This document shows, one piece after another, positions 29,173-41,978 of a DNA stretch of 64,000 bases. Position 1 is the stretch's first letter. Every line of letters starts with the position of its first letter. A program made the position numbers and the translations under genes. Below the pieces are notes generated by a model. It was given only the letters and a program-made list of their open reading frames with translations. It was not told the DNA's origin and ran no database searches. The stretch is from Octopus vulgaris (lineage: Eukaryota), in assembly GCA_951406725.2 (NCBI GenBank), contig OX597834.1, forward strand, positions 27,218,001 to 27,282,000, given 5' to 3'.

Positions 29173-29483
29173 CAGTTTCAATAAAAAAAGGTAGAATGAA
29201 AATCTGTAGAAGATATACATATGTATATATGTATGACAATGTTTATGTGTGTATTGTGTGTGTTAACATGAATGTGTTGTCTTTCTCTCTTTACTCACAT
29301 GTTCACAACATCAATTTACTCACACATAAAAGCATTTGTGTGTGTGTATGTGTGTGTTTGTGTATCTGCTTATGTATGTATGCAGTGACAGATATATATA
29401 TCTATATCTATATATATATATATTTGTATATTTATATACATCCATCCGTACAGGTATACATATTTACATACATATATATATGC

Positions 29484-29539
<56 letters not shown>

Positions 29540-29733
29540 TTGTGTGTGTGTTACATACACATCCATTTTAATATCACTATATAAATCTTAATAACTTCAC
29601 AGACACCAAATAATTAGATTTGTTTCGCAACTAACCTGTTAACCTTTGCACCAGGTGAAAAAATACACATTATTCACGTTACAATCTACACAGGTGAACC
29701 GACATATAAAGTAACGATGCATGACGATCTTAC

Positions 29734-29918
29734 CTGTCTCTCAATTTAGTGTTTATAAGTTTTGTTGAAGCGTGACCGAGAGTCGGGAGTGGCTGGGTGC
29801 TTCGTTGTATCGATGTGGAAAGCGTGGGATATTCCACTGAATATTGTGAAGTTGTCTGTCTATCTGTATGGAACTGGCTATGTCCCTCATGTACCGTTAT
29901 TCCGCCTCAGGGAAAAAT
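29734..29918 (-). other. Candidate spliced exon (185 nt), probably non-coding or 5' UTR
   Basis: Long polypyrimidine tract then TAG| acceptor, and CAG|GTAAGA donor, around a unique non-repetitive island. All three frames contain a stop. Confidence 0.6.
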
Positions 29919-30077
29919 CTACATAAAATTGGTGGGGAGAAGAGAGAATAACAAATAAAAAAAATAAAACAGAAGAAAATGATATATATATATATTAAAG
30001 GAAAGATGATTTAAAAATAAATGTCTTAACAATTACAATAAAAGTGGTATGATAATAATGATAATAATAATAACTAC

Positions 30078-30138
<61 letters not shown>

Positions 30139-30269
30139 ATAATGATAATATTATTAATAATAATATTATTATTATTAATAATAATAATAATAATACTAAT
30201 GCTATTAATAATAACAATGATAACAATAATAATAACAATAACAATAATAATTATAATAATAACAACTAC

Positions 30270-30327
<58 letters not shown>

Positions 30328-30393
30328 GTAGTAGTAGTAGTAGTAGTAGCAGTAGTAGTAGTGGTAGTAGTAGTAGTGGTAGTAGTAGTAGTG

Positions 30394-30444
<51 letters not shown>

Positions 30445-30760
30445 ATCTTAACTTTATTGGCCACAAAGTTTAATAAAATTATAATTATGATGATGATGAT
30501 AATGATGATGATGGTAAAGACAGTTTCTGAAGAAGACATAATGATAATGACAATTATTATCATAATTTGAACAATAAAAAGGGATTTCTTTTATTTCACG
30601 GATGATTATTGAATGTGAAAAAAAATTGTAATTATAAATAGAGAGAAAATAACGAAGCGTCCCGGCACTGGGAAAAAAGTTTTTGTGCGCGTGCATGCAC
30701 GTGCATGCGTGTGTGTATATGGTGGGTGTGTGTGTCTATCTGTGCAAGCACACACACACA

Positions 30761-30819
<59 letters not shown>

Positions 30820-30826
30820 CAACTCT

Positions 30827-31057
30827 CTCTTTACTCTTTTACTCTTTTACTTGTTTCAGTCATTTGACTGCGGCCATGCTGGAGCACCGCCTTTTAATCG
30901 AGCAACTCGACCCCGGGACTTATTCTTTTTGTAAGCCCAGTACTTATTCTATCGGTCTCTTTTGCCGAACCGCTGAGTAACGGGGACATAAACACACCAG
31001 CATCAGTCTTCAAACAATGCTAGGGGGACAAACACAGACACACAAACACACACAAGC

Positions 31058-31089
<32 letters not shown>

Positions 31090-31256
31090 TCACGACGGGC
31101 TTCTTTCAGTTTCCGTCTACCAAATCCACTCACAAAGCTTTGGTCGGCCCGAGGCTATAGTAGAAGACACTTGCCCAAGTTGCCACGCAGTGGGACTGAA
31201 CCCGGAACCATGTGGTTGGTAAGCAAGCTACTTACCACACAGCCACTCCTGTGCCT
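30827..31256 (-). mobile_element. SINE family B, full length
   Basis: tRNA-like head with A box TGGCTGTGTGGTAAG and B box GGTTCAGTCCC, then TTGGGCAAGTGTCTTCT, an internal microsatellite and a (TAAAAGAG)n tail. Confidence 0.9.
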
Positions 31257-31294
31257 ATATATATATTGTTGAAATACATATCATGAAAATACAC

Positions 31295-31540
31295 TCTTTT
31301 ATTCTTTTCTTTTATTCTTTTCCATGTTTCAGTCATTTGATTGCGTCCATGCTGGAGCACTAACTGGAATGGTTTTTGGTCGAATAAAGTCGACCCCCAG
31401 AACTTAATTTTTTTTTAAGCCTACTACTTCTATCGGTCTCTTTTGCGGAACAGCTAGGTTACGGGGATGTAAACACACCAACACCGGCTGTCAAGCCGTG
31501 ATGGGGTACAAACACAAACAAAAAGATACATAAACACACA

Positions 31541-31587
<47 letters not shown>

Positions 31588-31740
31588 GACTGGCTTGTTT
31601 CAGTTTCCGTCTATCACATCTACTCACAAGGCTTTGGACGGCCCAACGCTATAATAGAAGACAATTGCCCAAGTTGCCAGGCATTGAGATTGAACCCGGC
31701 AGTATGTAGTTGTGAGGCAAACTTCTTATCACACAACTAC
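31295..31740 (-). mobile_element. SINE family B, diverged
   Basis: Colinear with the adjacent copy. Confidence 0.85.
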
Positions 31741-31758
31741 ACACACATATATATACAT

Positions 31759-31815
<57 letters not shown>

Positions 31816-31838
31816 GCATATGTATATATATATATATG

Positions 31839-31890
<52 letters not shown>

Positions 31891-31955
31891 TACATATGTA
31901 TAAATATATATATGTATATATGTGTATATATATGTACATATGTATATGCATGTAT

Positions 31956-31992
<37 letters not shown>

Positions 31993-32149
31993 CATATACA
32001 CTCATACACACAGAGACATATGTAGACGCTAAAAGTTATTTTTATGAAAATATTCTTGTTTTTTTTTTCTTTTTGTTACTTTTACAGTTTATTTTTATTT
32101 TGTTGCAATTTTTCAGTTCCGTCATTAGCAACAACTGCTACAATCTTAT

Positions 32150-32274
32150 GACTCTTGCCTTCCATCCTTTCGGGGTGGGTGGATGTATTAAGTACCAATT
32201 TTCGTACTGGGTCGCTGTAATCAACTAGCCCTTTACCCCCAAAATTTCAGGCCTTGTACCTATAGTAAAAATTG

Positions 32275-32330
<56 letters not shown>

Positions 32331-32970
32331 GTGGCGAGCTGGCAGAATCGTTAATACGCCGGTCGAAATGCTTCACGGCATTTCGCCCGTCGCCACGTTC
32401 TGAGTTCAAGTTCTGCCGTTGTCGACTTTGCCTTTCATCTTTCGAGATCGATGAAATGTGTCCCAGTTGAGTCCCGGGGTCCAAGTGCTTTTAGTGGAAA
32501 GGATTATTATTGTGGTGAGCTGGTAGAAACTTTACCGCGACGGACAAAATGCTTTGCCTTTCGTATTTATATTCCGAATTCAAAATTCTGTCGAGGTCGA
32601 TCCTGACTTTCATCCTTTTGGTGTCAATAAAATAAGAACCAGTCGAGCACTGGAGCTGATGTAATCGATTAGGCCCCTCTCCACAAAATTTCGGGTTTTC
32701 TAATGATAGTACAAAGAATTATTTTTATCATTATTTTGAAGATGGTACAAAGGTTAATATTGACATTTTTATATTCCGAATTCAAATTCCGTCGAGGTCG
32801 ATCCTGACTTTCATCCTTAGGTGTCAATAAAATAAGAACCAGTCGAGCACTGGAGCTGATGTAATCGATTAGGCCCCTCTCCACAAAATTTCGGGTTTTC
32901 TAATGACAGTACAAATAATTATTTTTATCATTATTTTGAAGATGGTACAAAGGTTAATACTGACATTTTT
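32150..32970 (+). mobile_element. Cluster of diverged family C SINEs including a ~200-bp local tandem duplication
   Basis: ~32567-32768 and ~32769-32970 are near-identical. Earlier copies at 32150-32280 and 32331-32510. Confidence 0.8.
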
Positions 32971-32985
32971 TTACTTTTGCTTTTT

Positions 32986-33305
32986 GGGCACGCTTACTAA
33001 AGCACAAAACAGCACAACTCCCAAGACTTTCAGAAATATCCTTTCAGGCTCAGAATTGCTGAAGCATGGTATAAACTACCCGCATCAGTCCTTAGCTTTC
33101 GGGACACCATATCCTTCATAGGCATCCATGCTTCCTGAAGTTCGCCAACAATACACCTGATGCACCCCAACACCCGTTTTTTAAAAATAATTTTCCATTG
33201 TTCACTTCCTTTGTATATTCTATGCGCTGTTCATGCAGTTTTGTTTACTTTTTCTGACGAGTTGTATTGCCCCTGAGCACCGTATACATTAAGTTCATAA
33301 TTATT
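32986..33305 (+). mobile_element. CR1/L2-group LINE 3' end
   Basis: GHAY*STKQHNSQDFQKYPFRLRIAEAWYKLPASVLSFRDTISF matches the (TR)GH..K.....R..FFs.Rv...WN.LP..vv.....F terminal motif. Followed by UTR and a (TTA)n tail. Confidence 0.8.
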
Positions 33306-33363
33306 ATCATTTTTCTTTTTAGGCTGGAGGAGTTAGTGCTATAATCTATTCGATATCAATCGA

Positions 33364-33752
33364 CTTTTATTCTTTTATTCTTTTAATTGTTTAGTCATTT
33401 GACTGCGGCCATGCTGGAGCATCCCCTTTAGTCGAGCAAATCGGCCCCAGTACTTATTCTATCGGTCCCTTTTGCCGAACCGCTAGGTTACGGGGACGTA
33501 ATCACACCAGCATCGGTTGTCAAACGATGTTGGGCGTAGGGGGTGGGGGAGAAACACAGACACAAACATATAAACATATACATGTATACGACGGGCTTCT
33601 TTCAGTTTCCGTCTACCAAATCCACTCACAAGGCTTTGGTCGGCCCGAGGCTATAGTAGAAGATACTTGTCGAAGGTGCCACGCAGCGGGACTGAACCTG
33701 GAACCATGTGGCTGGTAAGCAAGCTACTTACCACACAGCCACTCCTGTGCCT
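33364..33752 (-). mobile_element. SINE family B, full length
   Basis: Head and tail both present. Confidence 0.9.
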
Positions 33753-33761
33753 TAAACAAGT

Positions 33762-33834
33762 ACTGCACTATGAAACTCGAACTCGCTATCTTCCTATTCG
33801 AAGCCAGACGCCTTATCCACTAGGCTACGCGGCC
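33762..33834 (-). pseudogene. tRNA-Arg(TCG) pseudogene
   Basis: GGCCGCGTAGCCTAGTGGATAAGGCGTCTGGCTTCGAATAGGAAGATAGCGAGTTCGAGTTTC. Intact D arm, CT-TCG-AA anticodon loop and TTCGAGT T loop, but broken anticodon, T and acceptor stems. Confidence 0.8.
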
Positions 33835-34184
33835 TAACAATTGAGTGATTCCTGTTTTATGATATCCCAGAGAAAGGAAAGAAAAAGTCGCTCACGGCGC
33901 GATTGGAATTCAGAAGATAAAGAAGCTGAATTAAATATTATTATCAATATTTTCAGAAAATGTATCACATTTCTTATATTGGTTTCAAATGTTAGCACTA
34001 GGCTAGGAATTCCAGAGTAGGGGGTAAGTCGATTATATTGACCTCAGTGTTCAACTGGTACTGATAGAAAATGGGACAGGCGTGTGAATGTGGTCGTTAA
34101 CTAATCTGGTGGAAACACAAGGGATGTTTCTGTCTTATGATATCTTTTCAGCGGAACACACACACACACAAACACACATATATG

Positions 34185-34415
34185 ATAGAAATATCAATAT
34201 TTCTAACTTTCTCTAAAGGAGACAACGGCAGCGGTACTGAATATTAGTAGTTATCGCCAAGCTAACATGACAGTCCAGAAAAATAGGACGAATGATTAGC
34301 TCCAAGAGGCCATCGCCTCTAGCTAGCTATGTGACACACGAATCTGTGTCCATTATAACCTTTGAACAGGGGAGGTCAGCCGCTTCCTCTAGCTTGTCTG
34401 GCATCTACAGACTAG

Positions 34416-34417
<2 letters not shown>
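34185..34417 (-). mobile_element. Diverged homolog of the 7.8-8.3 kb hammerhead unit, truncated inside the ribozyme
   Basis: Shares GTTATCGCCA, GAGGCCA(C/T)CGCC, TCCATTATAACCTT.GAACA.GGGAGGTCAGCCGCTTC and CTACAGAC, and ends at ACTAGTT next to (TA)n. Confidence 0.8.
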
Positions 34418-34469
<52 letters not shown>

Positions 34470-34722
34470 ACATATATATATAACACGCGCTCTAGAACCC
34501 AGGCTTGTATAGATATAAGCAGATAATTATTGGTTTCAAATTTTGGCACAAGGCATCGTCCCCAGTACTTGAATAGTACTTATTTTATCGACCCCGAAAA
34601 ATAAAAGGCAAAGTCGGTCACGGCGGAATTTGAACTCAGAACGTAAAGACGGACGAAAATACAAGCAGGTAATAATCTCAATAAACACCTACAACGTATT
34701 TATTCATGCACGCACGCATGCA

Positions 34723-34791
<69 letters not shown>

Positions 34792-34794
34792 ACA

Positions 34795-34825
<31 letters not shown>

Positions 34826-34900
34826 TCACTCACTCACTCACTCACTCACACACTCACTCACTCACTCACAAACACATACACACACACACACACTCACTCA

Positions 34901-34943
<43 letters not shown>

Positions 34944-34986
34944 TCACTCACTCACTCACTCCCTCACTCACTCACTCACTCACTCA

Positions 34987-35029
<43 letters not shown>

Positions 35030-36284
35030 TATCTCCTCCGAACGCATCATATGAAAACCAAAAGCTAAACCTTCGTATGTTCCTACTCAAAAGCTTTATA
35101 AACGAGTCTGGATGATAACGGACGATGAAGTTAGCTTCTGACAATAAATTCTGTATAAACGGAAACCAAAATTGTTGCTACGATGGAAAGCGGTTGTTTT
35201 TTTTGTCTTTTTTCTCTTTTTGCTTTCATTTATTTGGTTTATGTATTTTTTCCTATCCTGTTTGTCCCGAAGCTACATACGCGTGTATATATGTGTGTGT
35301 CTGTATATATGTGTATATATATGTGTATATATACATATATAATACATTCAAACACACATATATGTATGTATATATAAACATGTACATAAATACATATATA
35401 CATATATATATATATATATGTATATTTGTATATATATGTACATATATATAATATATATATATACGTACATTATATATATATATATATATACATACATATA
35501 TATATATATATACAAATATATATATATATACATATATATATATACACACATATATATGTATGTATATATATATTTATATATATATACATATACATATATA
35601 TATATATATACACACACACACATATATATGTATGTGTGTATATATGCGTGCGCATACATACATATTCATATATTCATATATATATATATATCGAATATCT
35701 CTGTCTCTTTATAAAGAATCCCTTGAGGTACTAAACATCGGATATCATCGCTTAATGGTTTAGAGAGCCATTGCTATTGCTGTTGTTGTTACTGTTGTTG
35801 TTGTTGTTGTTGTTGTCACTGCTGCTGCTGTTGCTGCTGCTGATACTTGTGTTAAGTTGGCAGAACCATTAGAGCGTCGGACAAAATGTCTCACGGTATT
35901 TCCCCTCGGCTCTTTATCTTCTGGCATCAAACTCTGCTGCAATCGACTTCACTCTCCGTTAACTCGAGATTGATAAAATAAAGTACCACTGAATTATTGG
36001 ATGATTCAATCGACTCAACGCCTCCCACAAATTCCAGGGGTTTTGTACCTACATATCAATCTAATAAATTGATGATGACAGACTTTCCAGCCATGAGCAT
36101 CATCTCTTTTATTCAGAAATTTTGTACTGCGTAGGACTAGATTATTTAAAGTTATTATTATTATTTAAAGTACATGCTATTTTGAAGGTGATTTGGCTGT
36201 TATTTCTAAGTGACGATTTGAGAAAATATTCGGTTCCTAGATCAACTCCTTGTTCTGCTATCTATTTTCTTTTGCCTTATATGT

Positions 36285-36670
36285 GGGGAAGCACTCCGTC
36301 GGTTACGACGACGAGGGTTCCGGTTGATCCGAATCAACGGAACAGCCTGCTCGTGAAATTAACGTGTAAGTGGCTGAGCACTCCACAGACACGTGTACCC
36401 TTAACGTAGTTCTCGGGGATATTCAGCGTGACACAGAGAGTGACAAGGCCGGCACTTAGAAATACAGGTACAACAGAAATAGGAAGTAAGAGTGAGAGAA
36501 AGTTGTGGTGAAAGAGTACAGCAGGGATCACCACCATCACCTGCCGGAGCCTCGTGGAGCTTTAGGTGTTTTCGCTCAATAAACACTCACAACGCCCGGT
36601 CTGGGAATCGAAACCGCGATCCTATGACCGCGAGTCCGCTGCCCTAACCACTGGGCCATTGCGCCTCCAC
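36285..36670 (-). mobile_element. SINE family A, full length
   Basis: TSD TGCCTTATATGT at 36273-36284 and 36671-36682. Confidence 0.95.
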
Positions 36671-37028
36671 TGCCTTATATGTATCTCTATCTTGAACCCC
36701 TTGTGAAAATTCTCTCAGTATTGCACTTGTGCTCTCTCCCTCTCCATCTCTGCCCCTCTCTCTCTCTCTCTCTCCGTCTCTTTTTATACGAGGTAAAGTA
36801 TGAGCGCAGAAATCTACCAAATAAGCAAGCAATCAACCAATCAGTCAATCAGTCAGTTAATCGATCAATCAATATTTATATCGGCTATTATTATATCACT
36901 TTCACAGTTGATTAGATAAGTACCCGCTCTCCCGGAATTGCTGGCCTTGTGTCAAGATTTGAAACTATTATTATACCCAGATATTTGCTATTAGCAACTC
37001 CTGAGAGGGAGGGAGAGAGAGAGAGAGG

Positions 37029-37064
<36 letters not shown>

Positions 37065-37453
37065 GAGAGAGAGAGGGGGTACATGAATCTGTGGAATACT
37101 CTGAAGATTATTCAGGTAGAGCGCGTTCATCACCACCACTTTCGTATCGGGTGGGATTTGTATATTACAGACGGAACAGACAACGCCAGATCTCATCAAA
37201 GTTGGCTACCCCTCCCCCGCCACCGTTGTCCATAGATCAGGATTTTCTTTCTTTCTTTTTCGTCGACCCCACAGAAAGAATTACAAAGTTCGCGCTTCGG
37301 TAATTTTTGAATTGAAAACGAAACGGAACCGGAACCAATATCTCAAAGCCTTTTTTATCGACGCCCCAATGATTTTGCCAGCTCCCTAACTTCAATCATT
37401 ACTTATTTGGAAACAAGCCCAGCAATTTTGAGGAAAGGGTGTTAATAGTTACT

Positions 37454-37843
37454 GGGTGGAGGCGCAATGGCCCAGTGGTTAGGGCAGCGGACTCGCGGTC
37501 GTAGGATCGCGGTTTCGATTCCCAGACCGGGCGTTGTGAGTCTTTATTGAGCGAAAACACCTAAAGCTCCACGAGGCTCCGGCAGGGGATGGTGGTGATC
37601 CCTGCTGTACTCTTTCACCACAACTTTCTCTCACTCTTACTTCCTGTTTCTGTTGTACCTGTATTTCAAGGGGCCGGCCTTGTAACTCTCTGTGTCACGC
37701 TGAATATCCCCGAGAACTACGTTAAGGGTACACGTGTCTGTGGAGTGCTCAGCCACTTACACGTTAATTTCACGAGCAGGCTGTTCCGTTGATTCGGATC
37801 AATCGGAACCCTCGTCGTCGTAACCGACGGAGTGCTTCCATCC
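37454..37843 (+). mobile_element. SINE family A, full length
   Basis: TSD AATAGTTACT at 37444-37453 and 37844-37853. Confidence 0.95.
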
Positions 37844-38197
37844 AATAGTTACTATCATATCGACCCTCGTATTTTATTGATACTTAAATTTATCGACACT
37901 GGTGGAGAAAAAAAAAAGGCAAAGATGACTTCGGCAGAATTCGAACCCAGAAGGCGGATTCAGAACCAATAACCGCGAAGCATTTTACCCAAAAACTCTC
38001 ATAACGATTCTGATAATCTGCTATCTTCTTAAAGCAATATCTTAGGGACATTAGGACGGTTCGATGTCTTGATGCATCAAACCCAAAACCCAATGTCCAC
38101 TGTTTGAATGGTAGGAAAGACACATCAGACATTCGTACAATAACCTTTAGTTAATAATAGGTAGTCGCAGGTTAGCTAAGAAAGTCGGTGAGTTAGA

Positions 38198-38248
<51 letters not shown>

Positions 38249-38591
38249 TATACATATATCTTTATATATATATATACATATATATATGTATATACATATA
38301 AATATACATACATATATATACATATATATATATATGCATATATATATATACATACATGCATATATACATACATACATATATATATATATAGACACACCTT
38401 TATGTATGTGTACATTTGTATGTATATATGTGTATATGAATATATATATGTGTGCGTGTGTATATATACATACATATATATATATATATACATATATATA
38501 TAACGGGAAGCTTTATGAAAATAGACAAAAGACGAAGGCAGGTTTACATATATATATATGTACACATACATATATACACACATATATATAC

Positions 38592-38624
<33 letters not shown>

Positions 38625-39161
38625 TGTATGTATGTATGTATGTATGTATGTATGTATGTATGTATGTATGTATGTATGACTGATACAGTGTCTGTCTGTC
38701 TGGTGCGGTCCTCTGTTTGATCGAGTACGTCCGGTGACTATTAAATGAACATCTATTATAATTTTTATCATTATTATTAATAGCTTCCCCTTCATTCTTC
38801 TCTTCTTCCTCAACCCCGGCGTCATCGACGTCGACGTCGTCATCATCACCATCATGCCCATCGTTATTATCACCACCACCACCACCACCACCACCACCGC
38901 CACCACCACCACCACCACCACCACTACCACCAACAGCACCACCACCACCACCACCACCACCACCACCACCACCATCTCCACTACCACCCCCACCATCAAC
39001 ACCATCACCCCCACCACCATCATCATCATTATCATTACCATTATCATCATTATCTTCTCCATAATCATCATTATCATCACCGTCGTCGTCGTCGTCGTCA
39101 TCGTTGTCGTCATCATCATCATCATCATCATCATCATCGTCATCATCATCATCATCATCAT

Positions 39162-39225
<64 letters not shown>

Positions 39226-39476
39226 GTGGTCATCGTTCTCATGAATATCATCGACAGCATCATGACCATCATCTATGGAATCATGAATTCGCCATGTTGG
39301 GGTGAGGGTCATCCTTGATTGGACGCATATAGAGCGGTTCGTTATTCTGGGGACTCTACCACATAAACTGTCGCGGTCAGCATCTTCATCACCACTGCCA
39401 CCGTTATCAACACCACACCTACCACCATCACCACCATCCTCCCACCACCACCACCACCACCACAACCACCACCACC

Positions 39477-39523
<47 letters not shown>

Positions 39524-39819
39524 CTACAACAACAACACCTCTTTTGTGGACACAAGATTTACCATTCTTTACAGTCAACATTCCGCGAACCAATGAAAAA
39601 ATTTTTTTCACCTGGTTCTGCAATTTGCTGGAAATCACAGCTAAACCTTCCTAATTCCTTAATCCTTTAGCATCACTCTATCTCAAATTTAATGCTTGTT
39701 TATTCACATTGTTTGCATTATCTTGTATCTTTGAGGTTTCGATGAGGTAGCTCATATAAAAGATTTTTTCACCTGGTTCTGCAATTCGCTGGAAATCACA
39801 GCTAAACCTTCCTAATTCC

Positions 39820-40460
39820 TTAATCTTTTAGCATCACTCTGTCTCAGATTTAATACTTGTTTATTCACATTGTTTTGAATTGATTATGCATTATCTTGTA
39901 CCTTTGAGGTTTCGATGAGGTAGCTCTTAATTTTTAGAAGGATATATAGAGAATACTAAACGAGTTCCCTATGGATACCGTATTTATTGCAAGCCACGAG
40001 TTGTAATAAATACGGTATCCATAGAGAATGAGTTTGATATTTTATTTATTACACACGAATAAACGACCATATTTTATTAACCCAATAACTAAATTCTTCA
40101 CGTTTAGTTGTAACTTATGAATGATAAGAGTAGTGCCGTCACCGTGACCTCAGGTCATCACCATGAATTGACCAATCAGAAGCAGCGCTGTCACCGTGAC
40201 CTCGGGTCATCACCATGGATTGACCAATCAGAAGCAGCGCTGTCACCGTGACCTCGGGTCATCACCATGGATTGACCAATCAGAAGCAGCGCTCGCAGTA
40301 TCTGACATATGTTAGATACCAAAAATATCTCAAAGTGTTCTCACTCACATGTGTGTAATAATGTAGAGTTAGTGTGAGAGGCCAGAAACAGCAAGTTTGA
40401 GCATAAAACAGATAGAATATTTGGGTTGGATATGGATGGTTCAAATACTAAAGGATTTAA
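39820..40460. mobile_element. piggyBac-like MITE with TTAA ends, interrupted by a nested element
   Basis: Left end TTAA-TCTTTTAGCAT and right end ATACTAAAGGAT-TTAA. The left part and its flank are also tandemly duplicated at 39601-39753. Confidence 0.65.
39945..40362. mobile_element. Non-autonomous palindromic DNA element (Crypton-like by architecture) carrying a 3x52-bp tandem repeat
   Basis: 24-bp inverted repeat at 39969-39992/40001-40024 (23 of 24 match). TTATTACACAC...GTGTGTAATAA inverted pair. Tandem units start at 40138, 40190 and 40242. Confidence 0.55.
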
Positions 40461-40922
40461 CAAATCTTACCATCTTAAAAGAAAAAAATCAAAGAAAATC
40501 CAGATCAGATTAAATCGTCTTCGAAGAACTGTTCGTTTATTGTTTTACTCTTTTACTTGTTTCACTCATCTGACTGCGGCCATGCTGGAGCACCACTTTG
40601 AGCTTCCAGGGTATAAGTGAAGATGTGTAGAAGATAGGTGAGCTGTAAGGAAGGATAAGGGTGCTGCTCCGGCCGTGGCCATCTCGTATGATTACACGGT
40701 GGAAAATACCAACGCCTGAGAGGTGGCAAATGTGATGGTATACGGTAAATGGTGGTGGTGGTGGTAGTCGTGGTGGTGGTCGTCGTCGTGGTAATAGTGA
40801 TAATTATGATGGTGATGGTAAGAGCATTTGCTAAAAGTACCACCATCACCACTAACATCACCGCTACTATCACCACCACCACCCTATCACCCTCTCCACC
40901 ACAACTGCCATAAAAATCTCAT

Positions 40923-40989
<67 letters not shown>

Positions 40990-41147
40990 AATTACTGCTG
41001 CTGCTGCTGCTGCTGCTACACGCCACTGGCACTGCATTCCATATTAAATCGATTCACCTCCATCAGTACTACGTCCTCCACCGAGACAACCACCACTACC
41101 ACAAACAACAGTATGACATCACTCGACGCATTTGTATCTATCTATCA

Positions 41148-41206
<59 letters not shown>

Positions 41207-41249
41207 CATCCATCCATCCATTCATTCATCTATCTACCTATCCTCTTAG

Positions 41250-41308
<59 letters not shown>

Positions 41309-41405
41309 ATCCAAACATGAAAACACAAAGAGAAAACACAACAACGCGAGGCCGTGGAACAAATATAGTATTATTGGACGCTCAAGAAGGAAGGAAAGAA
41401 GGAGG

Positions 41406-41440
41406 GTTTAACGTTTCGAGCGGAGCTCTTCGTCGGAAAC
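41406..41440 (-). ncRNA. Minimal hammerhead motif (U4C variant) in a Penelope-like end remnant
   Basis: GUUU-CCGACGA-A-GAGC-UCC-GCUC-GAAA-CG-UU-AAAC with palindromic AACGUU stem III. Confidence 0.6.
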
Positions 41441-41531
41441 ATAGGAGAAGGAAAGATCCAGAGAAGGGAAGACAAAGGGAAAAAAAATCGCCAACGGTAC
41501 ACACGGTACAACGGTACATATATATATATAT

Positions 41532-41828
41532 ATCACGTGACCGACCATACCATCAGATGTTGTTACACATCGCTGGTCACAATGCGCTTCGCATTGTTTT
41601 AGCCTTCGAATGACGCCACCCCGCTGGCTAAGCGAGCAGGCCAACAAAAGAAAGAGTGGGAGAAAGAGTGGTGAAAGAGTAGAGCAGGGATCCCCACCCC
41701 CCTGCCGGAGCCTCGTGGAGCTTTTAGGTGTTTTCGCTCAATAAACACACACAACGCCCGGTCTGGGAATCGAAACTGCGATCCTGCGACCGCGAGTCCG
41801 CTGCCCTAACCACTAGGCCACTGCGCCT

Positions 41829-41832
<4 letters not shown>
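41532..41832 (-). mobile_element. SINE family D
   Basis: Aligns end to end with 7158-7457. Confidence 0.9.
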
Positions 41833-41887
<55 letters not shown>

Positions 41888-41906
41888 CAGAGAGAGAGAG
41901 AGAGAG

Positions 41907-41978
<72 letters not shown>

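Noticed and set aside
37456-37535. tRNA-like sequences at SINE heads
   Set aside because: They lack a complete cloverleaf and continue into SINE bodies flanked by TSDs, so they are not tRNA genes.
38176-39555. 459-aa Asp/Gly-rich ORF, and similar ORFs at 58542-59405 and 62084-62734
   Set aside because: Built from (CAT/CAC/CAA)n tracts and running into (TA)/(TACA) arrays. The short unique parts show no recognisable homology or splice structure.
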